Shown here: positions 13,375-27,928 of the stretch, in pieces
Layout: each line of letters begins with the position of its first letter
Position numbering within the stretch: position 1 is the stretch's first letter
Source of the DNA: Trichoplax adhaerens
Taxonomy: Eukaryota; Animalia; Placozoa
DNA length: 64,000 nucleotides
Direction of reading: 5' to 3'
NCBI RefSeq assembly: GCF_000150275.1
Contig: NW_002060943.1
Coordinates: 7,696,066 to 7,760,065 of the forward strand
Made by a program: the position numbers and the translations under genes
Notes under the pieces: generated by a model
The model's database searches: none
Told to the model about the DNA's origin: nothing
Seen by the model: the letters and a program-made list of their open reading frames with translations, nothing else

Positions 13375-16300
13375 ATGACGAATTTAAAAGAATCTCGAGC
13401 TACTGGAAAAATGGTCTACGCCCGATGGACATTATTCTTTTTTAATTTTCTCTTTTGGGTAAGCTCATGCTATTCTAAAATGTATAAAGATAGTAGAATT
13501 TAATGCAATAGCTTAGTTCGCAGTAAGATTATGTAAAGCCATGGATTCTTCAGCAAAAGCGAAACGTTGTTTTCGATTAATTCCCTTACTATCAATTCGA
13601 TTAGCGCTTCATTAATAGAGTTATCAAGCACTTCTATGTAAATGTTTTCGTAATTTTACAATCTTTTTAAAATATCTGGGCTATATACTGAATATCATCA
13701 AATAATACTTATATCACTCCGTTTAGTTGAGTGGGATATTTTTTGGAGTAGTCATTAAAGAGAAACATAGGGCTTTTTTTATTTTTATAATTTTATCCTT
13801 TGATTTTATTAAGACTAGTAGGTACGGTAGTGAGACATAAGTGTTTTACTTAAGTTAGATTTAGATTGCTATTTTAATAAATTAAATGATTCGATCGTGA
13901 TGAATCGCTTTATGATTATTTTTTCCTGTAAGAGAAATTTTAAAATTTAATTGTTGACGTAAAGGGAAAATGGTAGTGTGAACAATTTGCTTTTATGGTA
14001 TAAAGACCTCAGGGCTATTAGTAAAGAAAAATAAAGCCTTTTATCACGAATTTATATTTAAATAAAGAGTGTTCTTTGATACTATTTGTCACTGGTAACA
14101 TCAATGAATTAAATATCGATTTATCATGTTTTTATCACGCTTAAGATCATCTCTTTACTTTTATTCAATGTTGATAAGAAATATTATGACGAGACAGCCA
14201 GTCGATTTACTCACGCTAATTGCTCTAAGAGGAAACACTTGAGACTAGTATATAAGCTTTTTCGACAGAAGAATACATGATATGCTGCAATTTGTAGTTG
14301 AGTGTAAAATTTAAAGCCTAAGACCAATCATGAAATAGTACAGAACTAATTCTGTGAGCCTTCTGCTATAATTGTATCGATTGATATTAAGTTTAATTAT
14401 TTTTGCCCCTTTTCGCGCATTCCTCCATCTTTATCATAGATGTTATTGATCATTTCAGAAAACTAGAGAAATCAATACAGGAAAACGAATTGTGCCGTAT
14501 ATATTTATTTTATGTATATCTTTTATATAACGTATTTTTTATGCCCTTTTAAGTTCCGATTTTGAAATTGATACTCAATACCACAATTCATTATCTATGA
14601 TATTCTTACTTTTAATTGTAAGACTTTGAAAAAGTACTCAAAATCACCTGATGTTATTCAGTATACCAGCATTTATATAAGTTATATAGTCATATATATC
14701 GGAATATAAAATTGAATTATTGTATGTCCATTTCATTATTGAAACTTATAGTTTGTGGGATAAACTTGAACAATTGAGAAAATTTTCTTCAGAAATGATC
14801 GCTATTGCAAATCTATTCACGATCGATCTATTAATTAGCTTAAGATCGTCATTTCATTATTACTGATTCGTGACATACAGCGTACTTTTACTTACAACAA
14901 TTTGAAGAGTCGAACATACACATAAAGATCATAAAGTATATAATGTTTGTAGTATGACCGCCGCCGATAGTTATTATAATGAAACTAGGTTATAATATAG
15001 GAATGTAATAGAACGTTTCTTATTATTTTTAATATAAGGGTTTTGGAGTTGCAGCAATAGGAGTTGGTATCTGGATTATGGTTTCTAATAACGATGTGTC
15101 CGTAATAACTAATAGTTTATTCCGATCTGGAACCATTTTGGTTATTGTTGGTGGCTGTATTATAGCCATATTAGGATTTTTAGGTTGGCTTGGGGCATAT
15201 CAAGAACATATTGGGATTCTAAGCGCTGTAAGACTTAAGTATTACATGTTGATTCATTTTACACAATTTTTTAATGTCAGAGCGGGAATAATCCTTTTCA
15301 TATACTTGAATGTTTTATAAGAGAACTGTAATTCTTATTTTGTGGTATACTCTAATCTATTGTATTTCTTTCAGTTCCTTGCTACAATGTTTACGGTCTG
15401 CATTTTGGAAATGGCCGGTGGCATTTGGGCAGGTGTTAATCGTCCAATTGTAAGTGTCGTATATTCTAGACATATAGCATTTTAGTTTAATTATTGCATT
15501 CTTGTAGCTATTGTTATAAAATATAGCCTTGCAATGATTTTTGATACAAATATGTTAGAATACGTACCGATATCGATATTTAGTCTACCACATAATGAAA
15601 GCCATAAAATGCGCCCATCTATAGTACCAATAGACTTACTGAAGTTGTCGGTTTTATCAGTAAATAAAACGAATATTTTTGACTGGTAATGCTAGTAAAG
15701 TTGGCTTAGTAGTTATGTCTAATGTAGTTCATTGTTATCCACTGTGTAGTCACTACTGGCTACAATTTTCATGCAGAATCAGCCATTTCATTTAAGTTAA
15801 ATATCTAATCAAACAACGTAGGGTAGTGTAGCGATAGCAACTGCAATACTTGTAGTATAATCGTTTATTCTGAATACTTCCTAACACATAAATTTTGTAG
15901 AAAAGATAATATTTTACTTTACTATTTCTTGAACTTAATTATTGGTAATTTTTTAATTAAAAAAATTTCATAGATGTTCGTTTTTCATCTTAGTCTCACA
16001 TCGCAATATCATGCTCAGTAGAATGATATTATTGGCATTATGGTTAGATAAAGGACATGATACACTTATACATCAGGCAGATTGCATTTCTTATTTGAGT
16101 AGATGTTAAGATCGTTTCCTAATTACCTTACAACTAGGCGATCTTAACTTTTAGATATATCCTGCAATATTGATACATGATATGTATTTATGTGGATGGG
16201 TGAGAACTTTTCACTCGAATTCAAAAGCCGTCCTATAGAACATGGCTGCCTTAAATTATTTCTGACTGATGAATATTATTTTGCAGATTGTATCACATCT

Positions 16301-18340
16301 ACAAGACAATTTATACAACACGATCATAGCAAAATACGGACAGCCAAATGAGGTTCCAGTTACTAGAGCGTTTGACAATATTCAACATAACGTAAGTTGG
16401 ATTGAGTTGACACATTTTTATTTCTTATTTGAAGGTCCAGCGTACCGCACACAAAAATTATTAGAGTAAATTTTATACTGTACAGTACGATAATACCTTA
16501 ATATTTAAATAAAACTTCTAAATTATTCTCATCTTTGTACCATCTATTGCGAATCTTAAAATCATCGATGAAATTATTACATATTTTGGTAGTAGTGAGA
16601 CACTTCGTCTAATAGATTTTAATCACTAAGATACGTTAAATTTGATAATTCTGAAAAAGACAATTTATCTTTATTGATAGTTACATTGCTGCGGCGCTAG
16701 AAATTATACTGATTGGGCCTTTTCCGTGTGGGGTTTAACAAAAATTTTAAACCGTTCCCTGTCCCTTCTTCTTGTTGCTTACCGGATTATTATGTTGATG
16801 GATGTGGAGAAGATATATTTGTTCGCAATGTCACGCTTCCAGCTAATGGAATATATGTAAATGTAAGATAATAAGTAATAGTAACAATTTAACCAATAAC
16901 CAATAAAGAAAAAGTTATAATGTTTTAAGCTATTTATTTAATTTTATGTATGAGAATTAAAATAATAATGAAGCCGTTATTGAGCTTAGCTTTCATGTTG
17001 TATCTAATCAATCCGTTGGTACTAGGTTAGACGGAGATACTAAGTTTTTCCTTGATTAATTTCTCTACAATTTGTTAGGGATGCTTAAGCGCTCTACTAA
17101 ACAGCATGACTCAGCATAATACAGTCATCACAGGAATTGGCGTTACTATTGGTGTTATACAGGTAAGATATTGAGCATTGACAAAAACATCTTTAGCCTT
17201 TAACTTAGCTTGATGACTTTGTTAGAGAGATATGTTTTAATTGCTATCATAGTTGGCATTTCTACAGTAAAAAAATTGTTCGATGAACTTACTTTAAATT
17301 ATTCAGGGATGTGCTTTATAATATATTTTGGGGATAATAGCACGGTGAAGATACTAGCGAGTTAGGAAGTACAACTGCACTGTACAATGTACATCCTTAT
17401 ACGCGTATTACATATTCACATAGTAATATCATTACAAACGCTGGATTTTACTCACAAGCTCAATAGAGACTTTCTTACACCTTGGGATATTCGTATGAAA
17501 GATGAAAATTGTTCCTTTAAGAAAGATTTTACTGCTAGTAGATTATCTGGGGATTGCTTGTTAGTGTTACTTTTGTTGCTGTATCATAAGAGTAAAATCG
17601 TTTCTTTATGTGGTACAACTGTTTATTCGCAGATACTAAGTTCATATGACTATATTCCTATAGCGACTTATAAATTTTAAAGCTAGCTTCTACTACTGTG
17701 TGGTATGGTCTATAGCTTTTTCAGAGTATTTTAAAATTTCTTAGCAAATTGTTTATTGCTTGGTTGTCGGTTAGTTTTCCATAATTATCAAATAATTCAA
17801 GATTTAATTCCAGTTGATATGGAATTATACGCCACATTTTTATTGACATGTTCTATCATTACTTGTAATAGCTACAATAGTAGATAATAATCTTAAGTTG
17901 TAGAAAAACATTTACAAATTTTGGGAGGTTTGTTCTAGCTAGCTACATGCATGTTTGTACGGAAAGTAGATGGTAATCCTATTTCAATTTATATGGCCAT
18001 GGAAAGTGGTTTTAATAATTCGTGGTAGAAATAATGAGCAGGACTTTTTTTGCATTTTTAGAATGCATCGATATTATATCGAGTCATAGTCGAATACTTA
18101 CGTATTGATTTTGAATGCTTTGCTATAGAATTAATATAAGAGACTTTTTGGTATTCATTGGATATTCTTTCTTTATCTTGTTTTGCATTTATGTAAATTT
18201 GCAATTTGTATCTCATTTGAACAGGTTGTTGGCTTAATTTTAGCCGGACTCTTAATATATAACTACAACGAAAGTAATCGTATATCGCCTAGTGAATCAA
18301 TGAGAAAAATAGAAGATGCAGAAATTGAAAATGATGCAAA
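13375..18340 (+). CDS. Tetraspanin paralog C (exons 13375-13458, 15039-15227, 15375-15449, 16287-16391, 16681-16862, 17079-17162, 18225-gap); 1-nt frameshift in exon 5; 3' end lost in an N gap
   Basis: MTNLKES..WTLFFFNFLFW; LGFLGWLGA; LHCCG; PVPSSCC (shifted frame); GCL; TM4 GIGVTIGVIQVVGLILAGLLI. Exon sizes 75/105/84 are identical to paralog B. Confidence 0.88.
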
Positions 18341-18390
18341 NNNNNNNNNNNNNNNNNNNNNNNNNNNNNNNNNNNNNNNNNNNNNNNNNN
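18341..18390. other. Assembly gap (50 N), plus a single N at 18425
   Basis: N run in the sequence. Confidence 0.99.
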
Positions 18391-19530
18391 TCAATTTAAA
18401 GATTACGTTTAACAGATCGTAACCNCTTTTCATCTCATTGCCGCCATTGTTTGCTAATTTGATTTAAAGAGTCTTGTCGGGTAACTTTGCTCCTTTAATT
18501 CCGGTTGAAGTACCTACTCAGTATTACTACTTTGGTTGTGGCATAATATTTGGACCGATTTTTTTGCACTGCACTAAATTTATTTTCATAGCATAGTTAC
18601 AGTTTGGAGCATTATCTGAAGATTACAGTAGATGGATTATTGCTAATAATTATACCTTTTTGTAATCGTAGTTATCAATATGATAGCGGTTATACTTTAA
18701 TTCTAGTGTTGCTATCATGCACGCAAAGTAGATAGACCACTGATACCGTGCTTATGAATAGTTAATTGAGGGAAAATTCTTGATATAATACTTTATTACT
18801 ACAGCAGTGCTGTATTTATAGTACTGTGTGGTAGCAGTGATAGTTTTTATTAGTGTGACTGATGCAAATAATACCACAGCCATGGCATTAAGATTTTATA
18901 TTATACTGTATATGAATTATTATTAATTACGGCCGAAGCGGCACCTTAGCAATGGTATAATAATATCACTGCAGAACGATTCAATATTGTTTGATGATCT
19001 TGAATGTATACCAAAATTGTTTGGTTAAGAGTTCCTTTAGGAATCGTTGTTGAAATGTAATTTTGAGTAGAGTTTCGAATTTATAAAATGTATTGATACT
19101 ATCTAATTGTGGCGGATTGATCGTCACTTTAACGTTAGATATATATATATACAGTATGCGTTGGACATCTGTGCCGATACGAGCCTTACTGTATCTCTAT
19201 CGTTGATTTTCTATCGAATAATAATAATAGTAATAATTACTATTGGCATACAATACGATACATCATATCATTCAATATCATTAGTTAATTACGCGTCTTT
19301 ATCTTTGGTATTTCATAAGGGATAATGTTGATTCTGTATTTTGATTTATTTAGCGGATGATTTATTATAATAAATAAATAAATACGAAGAAGGCTAATGA
19401 CTGTAATGAAGAGTAAGTAAAACTGCATCTGCGGTAGTTTTGCTAATTGAATGTTCTCAACGTGTTTCAAAACTTGGTAAAGTCTATGGAGCACCTTTAC
19501 TCAGCCATGGGCGTTAGCCCATTCCATTTA

Positions 19531-20582
19531 TACATGAAAGACTCCAATACTTGTGTAGCACGTAGAGAAAAATTCAATGTCAAAATGGTACAAGGAAAGT
19601 TGGAAGTCTAATCCTACCGTCACTATTAGGCAATTTCCAGTAGTCCATACAGTAAAGTACTACAGTGTATTGCCTCCCATCACAGTGAAAACAGTACATT
19701 ATTGTACATGAAAGACTCCAATAGTTGTGTAGCATGTAGAGAAAAATCCAATATCAAAATGGTAAAAGAAAAGTTGGAAGTCTAATCCTACCGTCATTAT
19801 TAATTAGGCAATTTCCAGTAGTTCATACAGTAAAGTACTACAGTGTATTGCCTCCCATTACAGTGAAAACAGTACATTATTGTACATGAAAGACTCCAAT
19901 AGTTGTGTAGTATGTAGAGAAAAATCCAATGTCAAAATGGTAAAAGGAAAGATGGAAGTCTAATCCTACCGTCATTATTAATTAGGCAATTTCCAGTAGT
20001 TCATACAGTAAAGTACTACAGAGTATTGCCTCCCATGACAGTAACAGTACATTATTGTACATGAAAGACTCCAATAGTTGTGTAGCATGTAGAGAAAAAT
20101 CCAATGTCAAAATGGTAAAAGGAAAGTTGGAAGTCTAATCCTACCGTCATTGTTAATTAGGCAATTTCCAGTAGTTCATACAGTAAAGTACTACAGAGTA
20201 TTGCCTCCCATGACAGCAACAGTACATTATTGTACATGAAAGACTCCAATAGTTGTGTAGCATGTAGAGAAAAATCCAATGTCAAAATGGTAAAAGGAAA
20301 GTTGGAAGTCTAATCCTACCGTCATTATTAATTAGGCAATTTCCAGTAGTCCATACTGGAAAGTACTACAGAGTATTGCCTCCCATGACAGTAACAGTAC
20401 ACTATTCTACATGAAAGACTCCAATAGTTGTGTAGCATGTAGAGAAAAAATCCAATGTCAAAATGGTAAAAGGAAAGTTGGAAGTCTAATCCTACCGTCA
20501 TTATTAATTAGGCAATTTCCAGTAGTCCATACTGGAAAGTACTACAGTGTATTGCCTCCCATTTTACAGTACATTATTCATA
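19531..20582. repeat. Tandem satellite, 6 copies of a ~175-bp unit
   Basis: Units begin TACATGAAAGACTCCAATA at 19531, 19705, 19883, 20058, 20233 and 20408; high identity. Confidence 0.95.
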
Positions 20583-20589
20583 CATACTC

Positions 20590-21125
20590 ACGTCCTGTAC
20601 TGTACACTGTACGGTACTTGGGTACAGTATAACGGTATCTCCGTTGATCACATGGACACGGCTCGGCCAATCAGATTCAGTTTACCCATTTTCAAAAATT
20701 TAGCGGTAGTACTGTACACTGTACAGTATCGGGGTGGGAGAATGATGGTGGCGAAAAAGAAAGTTTTTTCTTGCAGTTCAAATCAATCCATTTGTTGCCA
20801 CTACGCCGGTTGAACATTGAAACTACTACTGTTCATGGTTATACTATGAGATTCAGTTAGGTTATTGACAGGTTGAGAATAGGCGATTGTACATTCCATG
20901 TACAGTATGCGGTCTTCAAAATTTGTTCATTAGAAATACGATGAGATTGCCCGATTCGCAGTACTTAGTACTGTATCGGAGGGTACGCTGGATAGGACAG
21001 TACTGTATAGTGCACCAAGTTAGTGTGTGATAAGTATACCACTGTAGAGGGGATCGCCTTGACGATAGCCTTGGGTATGACACAGTACAATGCACTGTGC
21101 CCTTCGTCAAAGTGAACTACGGTAG
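20590..21125 (+). promoter_or_regulatory. Probable ECT2 promoter region with CCAAT and a TACAGTA/TACTGTA cluster
   Basis: GGCCAATCAG at 20665; locally raised GC/CpG; many CAGTA/TACTG units; upstream of the ECT2 ATG. Confidence 0.5.
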
Positions 21126-22710
21126 TCTACGACCAGTCGACGGAGAACGCCAAAGACGAGCTTGGAGACGAGAAGAGTAAATTATTTTCAAATTTTCATT
21201 GAGAAAAAAATCAATTTCTTATAAGGAATCGCTGAATTACTAGACGATATTATCTGGAAAGGTGAAAGAGTGATTGGTTGATTGAAATTGTGATTCCTTT
21301 CCTGGATTTTGTCTTGGTTGAAGTGAATACAAAGAGTGCTCGTCACACTATCGGACTGTCAGAGGAAACTATTTCTACTTTGGTCAAAGAATTTCAAAAT
21401 TGATTCTACAACATCATTATAACCAAGGTAGGGATGACCACTAGAACAACAGTAATATCTACCTTTATACACTTTAATTCATATTAAAATGACATGGAAG
21501 ATATACAAAATGGAGAAATTAAAATTGTAACATTCAATGGTGTAAACGATGGAACGTGTATGCTTACTATTTTCAAGCATTCATAGAATACAGTAAGGAT
21601 TAATCACCATCAGTTTAGCAATGTTATAAACTAGGATCTTGAAATTATAGAGTACAGTCATCAAAGCTGTTTCATACAAGCTACATAAGTTACTATACTG
21701 TTCATCAAGAAGAGTTTTTGATTAATATCTTGTCGAAAATAATTCTTGAACTTACGGATCCATTGATGTCAATGATGCATTACCGTTCATAATGGTCCTG
21801 TGTAGCAATAAATTGGATTAGCGGTCACTGTTGGCATTCACGCTACTTTACCGTTATACTCGGATATCGCACTGCTAGACTTCTTTCAAAGTTTGCCTAG
21901 TCTGTCTTTCATTAATGACGGCTAGATTGGATCTCAACGAATATTGATGAACGATAATCATACCAATTATTTGAAGGAAAATAGACAACTAGGCCTCCAT
22001 CTGTCTATTTACAACGTCTTTACTTCACTTCAAATTGAAGTTAATCAACTTACTGACTGTAAAATGCTTTAAAGATAAAACTTGACACAACAACAATTCC
22101 GTTGTAATTCACTACTATAGGATATTTGTAAATATGTAGTTGTATTCATTTTGTAGAGTATACTAGCCTACTTAGTTTTAGTCAAGATTATAGCCTCAAT
22201 GAGTTTATGCGATGAAAATTGTATCACAATATCCTACTCACATTCTTAACCCTTAAATGTAGAATATGATATTTATAAATCAGGAGTGTGCTCTAAAAAG
22301 CTTGCCAACGATAGCAGTCGATATATCATAGCGTAGTAAAACAGTGAAACATCAACTTCGTATTGAAAAATAGACTCTTGTCCACTGTATTTTATTGATA
22401 CTGTAAAAAATTACGACTATTGAGATATGTTTGCAGGGTGATATTTTAATACGACTTAGCCTATTACATCAAATTCAACAGTTATATTCTGATTTATGCT
22501 GTTACAGTAAATGTGCAACAATTTGCATTAAATTTGTTTGTATGATGACATGATAAACTTACATTCGATATCCGGTAATAATTATACAAAACTCGGTATC
22601 AACTACAAACTTAAAAAACAGTCAAAGATTTTCTCATAGCCAAACTCATATAATCATTATTTACATTGAATTCTTTCATTAGAACATATAATTTATAATT
22701 TACTCGTATC

Positions 22711-25700
22711 ATGGCGGATGTCAATATTTGTATCACTGGTTTTCAAGTTGCCAGCAATTGCGAGCTTGACTTGGCTTTGAAGGTAAATTGATTGACTCAA
22801 TACATGCAGTCTTTACATGATACGATACCACATGGTCATCATGATTGTTTTCACATGGCTTACTTTTGAAAACTATGTACTAGAATTTCTAAGATTGCTA
22901 CTATACACCATGCAAAAGTTGAAGGTCCATTCCAGAATTACTAAACTACTCTTATATGCCAAATTAAACAATTTCTCCTTTACTAGAAAATGAACGCAGT
23001 TACACGCAACTGTAAAGACGAAAATGAAATTAGTCAACTCTTGCAAGACAAAAGCAGAGACTGGTTCTTCCTACTTGATGACTTTCAGGGTCCACTGTTT
23101 GACATGTTGAAACTAAAGCGGCAGAGGTTATGATCTTAAGCTTATCATTAATCGAATCTTTGTATGATAAAACAATCAACGTTCCATCTAAATAAGAGTT
23201 CAATGTTACGCAATGATGTAGGATAATTGGTCCGCCGATCGTCTTATCTTGCGCTGACAGTAATCAGGTAAAAATTATATGTCTATAATCATACCTGTTG
23301 TACATTAGTGTAGAAAAGTTGATAAGCTATTCATTGAGTTTGAAAGTATGTTTTGTCTATATCTGCAATGAAATAGTTAATCAATTTTATGTAATTTTAT
23401 AATACATATAAAACATTTATGCTGTTATGACTGTAATAAGATATGAATATTTACTTATATAAAACGTCCATGTCATAAGATTACACTTATCATGCTAAGA
23501 AATACAAAAGAAGACATCATTTATGCTTAGTAATTGTCAATAGCATCCTATCTGTTTGTGATACATTTCGTGTTTTAGAAAAAGTAATCTAGATTTTAAA
23601 AAATTTTTTTTTATGTAATTTCACCACGTACCAGTCATTACCCAACTGTATTAGGCCATTATATTGTACATTATTGCAAGGAACGATTTTATGCTTTACC
23701 GGCTTTAAAGAGAAAGATGCAATTGTAAGTATTGTCGATTGCATTCAATTAAGAAAGAATTTATATCATTTTAGTATTTTAGCATAATTTATATTAAATT
23801 TTATTCAGTTAGCATCTTTTCTGGAAATTTTTCTTCATGTAAATTCTATAGTAAAGATAATGTTGCTGTTTCATAGGCAAAATTAGTAAACATGGTACAT
23901 TTTATGGGAGCAAGTATTCGTAAGGAAATGACTGCAAGGGTAACTCATCTTATTGCTAACACAGTTCAGGGTGAAAAATATCGTGTAAGTAAATATCTCC
24001 CTACCACATCGCTATATTATTTCGGTTACGATTGTGTGGTAATGGCAGAAAATCAGATGCTTATGATTGATAATGAATTATTAGCTATAGTCATTCATGC
24101 GCTATTGACAAATTTGATTTTGGAATTTTTAACTGTTGATGAGAATAGGCAGCAGTAAATTTTGGCGCTGCTATTATGTCAGAGCAGTGGATACACGAAT
24201 TCTGGGATAGGAAGATGGAGAGGTTACAATAATAATTTAATATATACATTTAAAGCTGTAGTTACTAGAAGTAAAGAGAATAAAAATTATCGTTTTCTAA
24301 CTGTTGCTGATCGCAATGTCGTATATGAATAAAATAAAAATATTGCCACTTTCAGAGGTTTGACTTTGGATGATCTGAAATTGGTGAGTATACAGTATAT
24401 ACCATATTTTAACTTTTGTATAGTATCATTGCTATTTCAATGTATAATGGAAATTGATAGCTACTTATCAGAGTTTAAAATCTTTTTTAAGATGGCTCAT
24501 CGGTTAACGCTTTTTCATGGATGCCATATTGCCTTTCACGGATTTTCTAATACCGAGCGACAGCAAATGGAAGAGAATGCTAAGACACAAGGTATATCTA
24601 GCTTAACGTTTTAAAATCTATTTAATCGAATTATGATACTAAAATTATAGCTAGCGTCATGTGCTTTTAATCTTTTATTTTACTAGGAGGTAGACCTACA
24701 ACTATAACTGATGTAAATTGCACTCACATTGTTGTTGAAAATCCAAATACCGAGATTTCCGAAAATATTAGTATTAAAGCGAAGATTGTTAAGCAGGAGG
24801 TAATACGGAATTTTTTAAGCTACAATTTATACGACAGTATAATACAAGACTGTTAACAATTTTGGCTGGTTTTTATTGAAATTTGTAGTGGTTTTGGGAA
24901 AGCATTCAGTTAAATGCATGCGCCGATGAATTACTATATTTGATAAGAAGGGTAAGTTATACAATCGAACTTTGACATTGATACTGCCGTATCTGGTTAT
25001 ACGCATCTTTAACCATTAATATTTTTTGGGTTCAGTCTGATACCACTCCTTTAGGAAACAATAGTATGAATACACCTGGATCTGGATTAAGATCTAGAAA
25101 ACGTCGACGTGGCAAAATTGATTTGTCGGAGCTATTAACTCGTGGAGATTCGCATAATAGTTTACTAGGCAATGTTTTGGATTTGTCAGTTAGTATGCTT
25201 GAAGCCTCAGGAATAAACTCTGGCCAAGGTAACGTAAAATGAGTTTTAACGCTGTGTGTTATTAATTACTGTTATGCTATAATCGTATTTATTAGTTCAT
25301 TACAAAGCTATAAATTACATTAATCAAGATTAATTATCCCTTTTCAGCTACACCATCTGGCGTACTATCTCCTCGTCCTCCTCTACTACATCATAGCGCA
25401 AGTGTGTCTTGCTGTAATACGCCGTTAGGAATTAGGGATAAGCGACATACTGCTCGTAAACAAGTTGTTATGGAACTTCTACAAACAGAAACTAATTACG
25501 TTGGTATTTTGAATACAATTATAAACTTGTTCAAATTACCATTGGAGCAGGATCAAAGAGGAGGTCCTATGCTTACACCAGGAGAGATTAAAACTATTTT
25601 CTCTAGTATACCAGAAATTCTCGATGTTCATAAAATAATCTTGGTAAAAATATTAGAGATTGATAATCTAGTCTTTTCATCTAAGGTAAAAGGATTATAT

Positions 25701-27928
25701 AACGCCAGAAATATTCATTACTTGACATTAGGAATCTTTGCAACAAAACTTGAATAACTGGACCGAAGAATGTCTTACTGGTGAAATCTTTACAAAAAAT
25801 GTTAGCATTACCATTATAGCTGTTACACTTACTAGATTTCTTTTAACATGTTTAATGTTTCTTTGATCTGCATGTAATTACGGTATACTATGATGATGAC
25901 GTCATTGGATTAATTTCTTGATAGGCTGAGGCTTTACTTAAAGCTTACCCTCCGTTTGTTAATTTCTTTGAATTAACCAAAGAAACACTCGAGCAGTGTG
26001 ATAAAAAGTACCCTAGGTTTCATGCATTCTTGAAGGTACAGTATTGACTCTACTATTGATAAACTGTATACTGTGAAGGTTCGAGATAAAGTTTCCTGAT
26101 TTATTAGTTATGTCAGAATAAGCCGGAATGTGGACGACAATCCTTAGTTGAGCTTTTAATAAGGCCCGTGCAACGATTACCGAGCACTATCTTGCTATTA
26201 CAAGGTACAATACTTTTTCTTTGTTAATTGTCAACAAATCCTAGAAAGAGATGATTGTTTGATTATAATCTACTGTTTTACTAATTCTGCTTTAGATATA
26301 ATGAAACATACATCTGCGACCAATCCTGACTGTACCAAGTTGGAAGAAGCAATAAGTTCTCTCAGGAATGTTATGACGTAAGTTTGGGGCTTATTTACAG
26401 AGTTATGCTAAGAAAATTGTGTGTTTTGAAAGGTAATTAATAAATACAATTGCAACAACCTATTATTGATATCCAGACATATTAATGAAGATAAAAGAAA
26501 AACTGAAGGACGAATGCAAATGTTTGAAATTGTTAGGGACATAGAAGGATGTCCTGTATGTATAGTATAATGGATCATTATTACAAAAGATTTATATTTA
26601 AATGATTTCTGGTTGTGATTGTTGCATTTAAAATATTATGACTTTTTTTGATTTACTCGCAATCATGTAGCCTTATTTACTATCCTCCCATCGCTATCTG
26701 GTCATGCGTTTCGATATGGTAGCATTAGCAGACGTTTTTTGTAGTAAAGGAGACGCGATGACGATATTCTTGTTTTCTGATAGTATTGAGGTTAGCTACT
26801 ATTCAGTGAATTCAGACTGAGAAATTTCACTGTAATTGATGTAGTTTCATTATATTGGATACAGATCAGTAAGAGACGTGTCAGTGCTAAAGTTACCAGA
26901 ACACCCAGTTCAGCATCAAATTATGCCCTTCCTATTGGAAAGAGTCCTCTCAAGGCTTCATTTGGTAATAAGTTGATGTATAAGCATGTCGATTTCATGC
27001 CGTTATCCTATGTGAAAAGAGTTGTAGACGTAACGGATACTGAAGGTATGGGAGAGCTTTTACGAAATTAAATATCTTTTATAGAATGTACAATTTTTAA
27101 TAAATATTTACTGTTATAAATATTCTGTAGAATGTAGCGGTATGTTTGCATTTATATTCCGATCACCAACCGATGTGAAGGAAAAACTAGCTATCTTCCG
27201 TTTAATAAACAACGAAGATATGACGAAAGACGAAATTTTACGGAAATTTACTAGATGTCTCGCGGATAATGCTGCTCTGCTGACTCGGTAACGTTTAATA
27301 GGGGTGATGTCGTTGCCAATAGGTGGTGCTATAAGTGACAGTGTAACTTTACGTTTTAGGATAATTTTCTAACGACGGCAGATTCTCAAGAAGTAATGCT
27401 TTCAAAGAAGGATTTACATCTGGATTCGTTTAGTAGCAATTTATTAAGGTTTGTAAGTTACTGGATTTTAATTCTTTATGATATTGATGGTTCTCAATTC
27501 GATCGCTACAACGTTATTACGTAACAGAGCTGCAAAAAAGACAACCAAAAAGGTTGGTCGGGCTTTTTCCATTAGCAAAACCCCTAAGAGAAATACGTAC
27601 AGACGTACAACGAGGTTAATAAAGCCTAATTTAAGCCTGACGTTTCATGAATTACATTTAGTCATTTTATGATAAGGAATGTAATATTTCATATTATAGT
27701 GCTATAGCTAGTCCATTCATCACGCCCGTATCCGGTACTGTAAATTCATCGGAATGCCTTGATGTAAGTATTAGTACAGCTTTGATTTTAACCTACTATT
27801 ATACACGTATTTTCGATGATTGAAAGGCAGTTGTTATTTCTATAATAACAGAAGGTGTTTTTATTCTAAAGGATATGAGTTCTCCTTTGCCTTCTCGAAA
27901 ACGGGTTGCTTTATCTACCAATATTTAA
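22711..27928 (+). CDS. ECT2: ECT2/Pebble RhoGEF (BRCT repeats, DH, PH), multi-exon
   Basis: MADVNICITGF.. RIIGPPIVL, RPLYCT..LCFTGF, VHFMGASIRKEMTARVTHLIAN, WFWESIQ, RKQVVMELLQTETNYVGIL, YPPFVNFFE, CGRQSLVELLIRPVQRLPS, HINEDKRKTEG; ends SRKRVALSTNI*. Confidence 0.95.

Noticed and set aside
19531-20582. Hammerhead ribozyme in the satellite (minus strand CUGUAUGA..GAAA with a closing stem)
   Set aside because: The core is not CUGANGA, and stems I and II cannot form.
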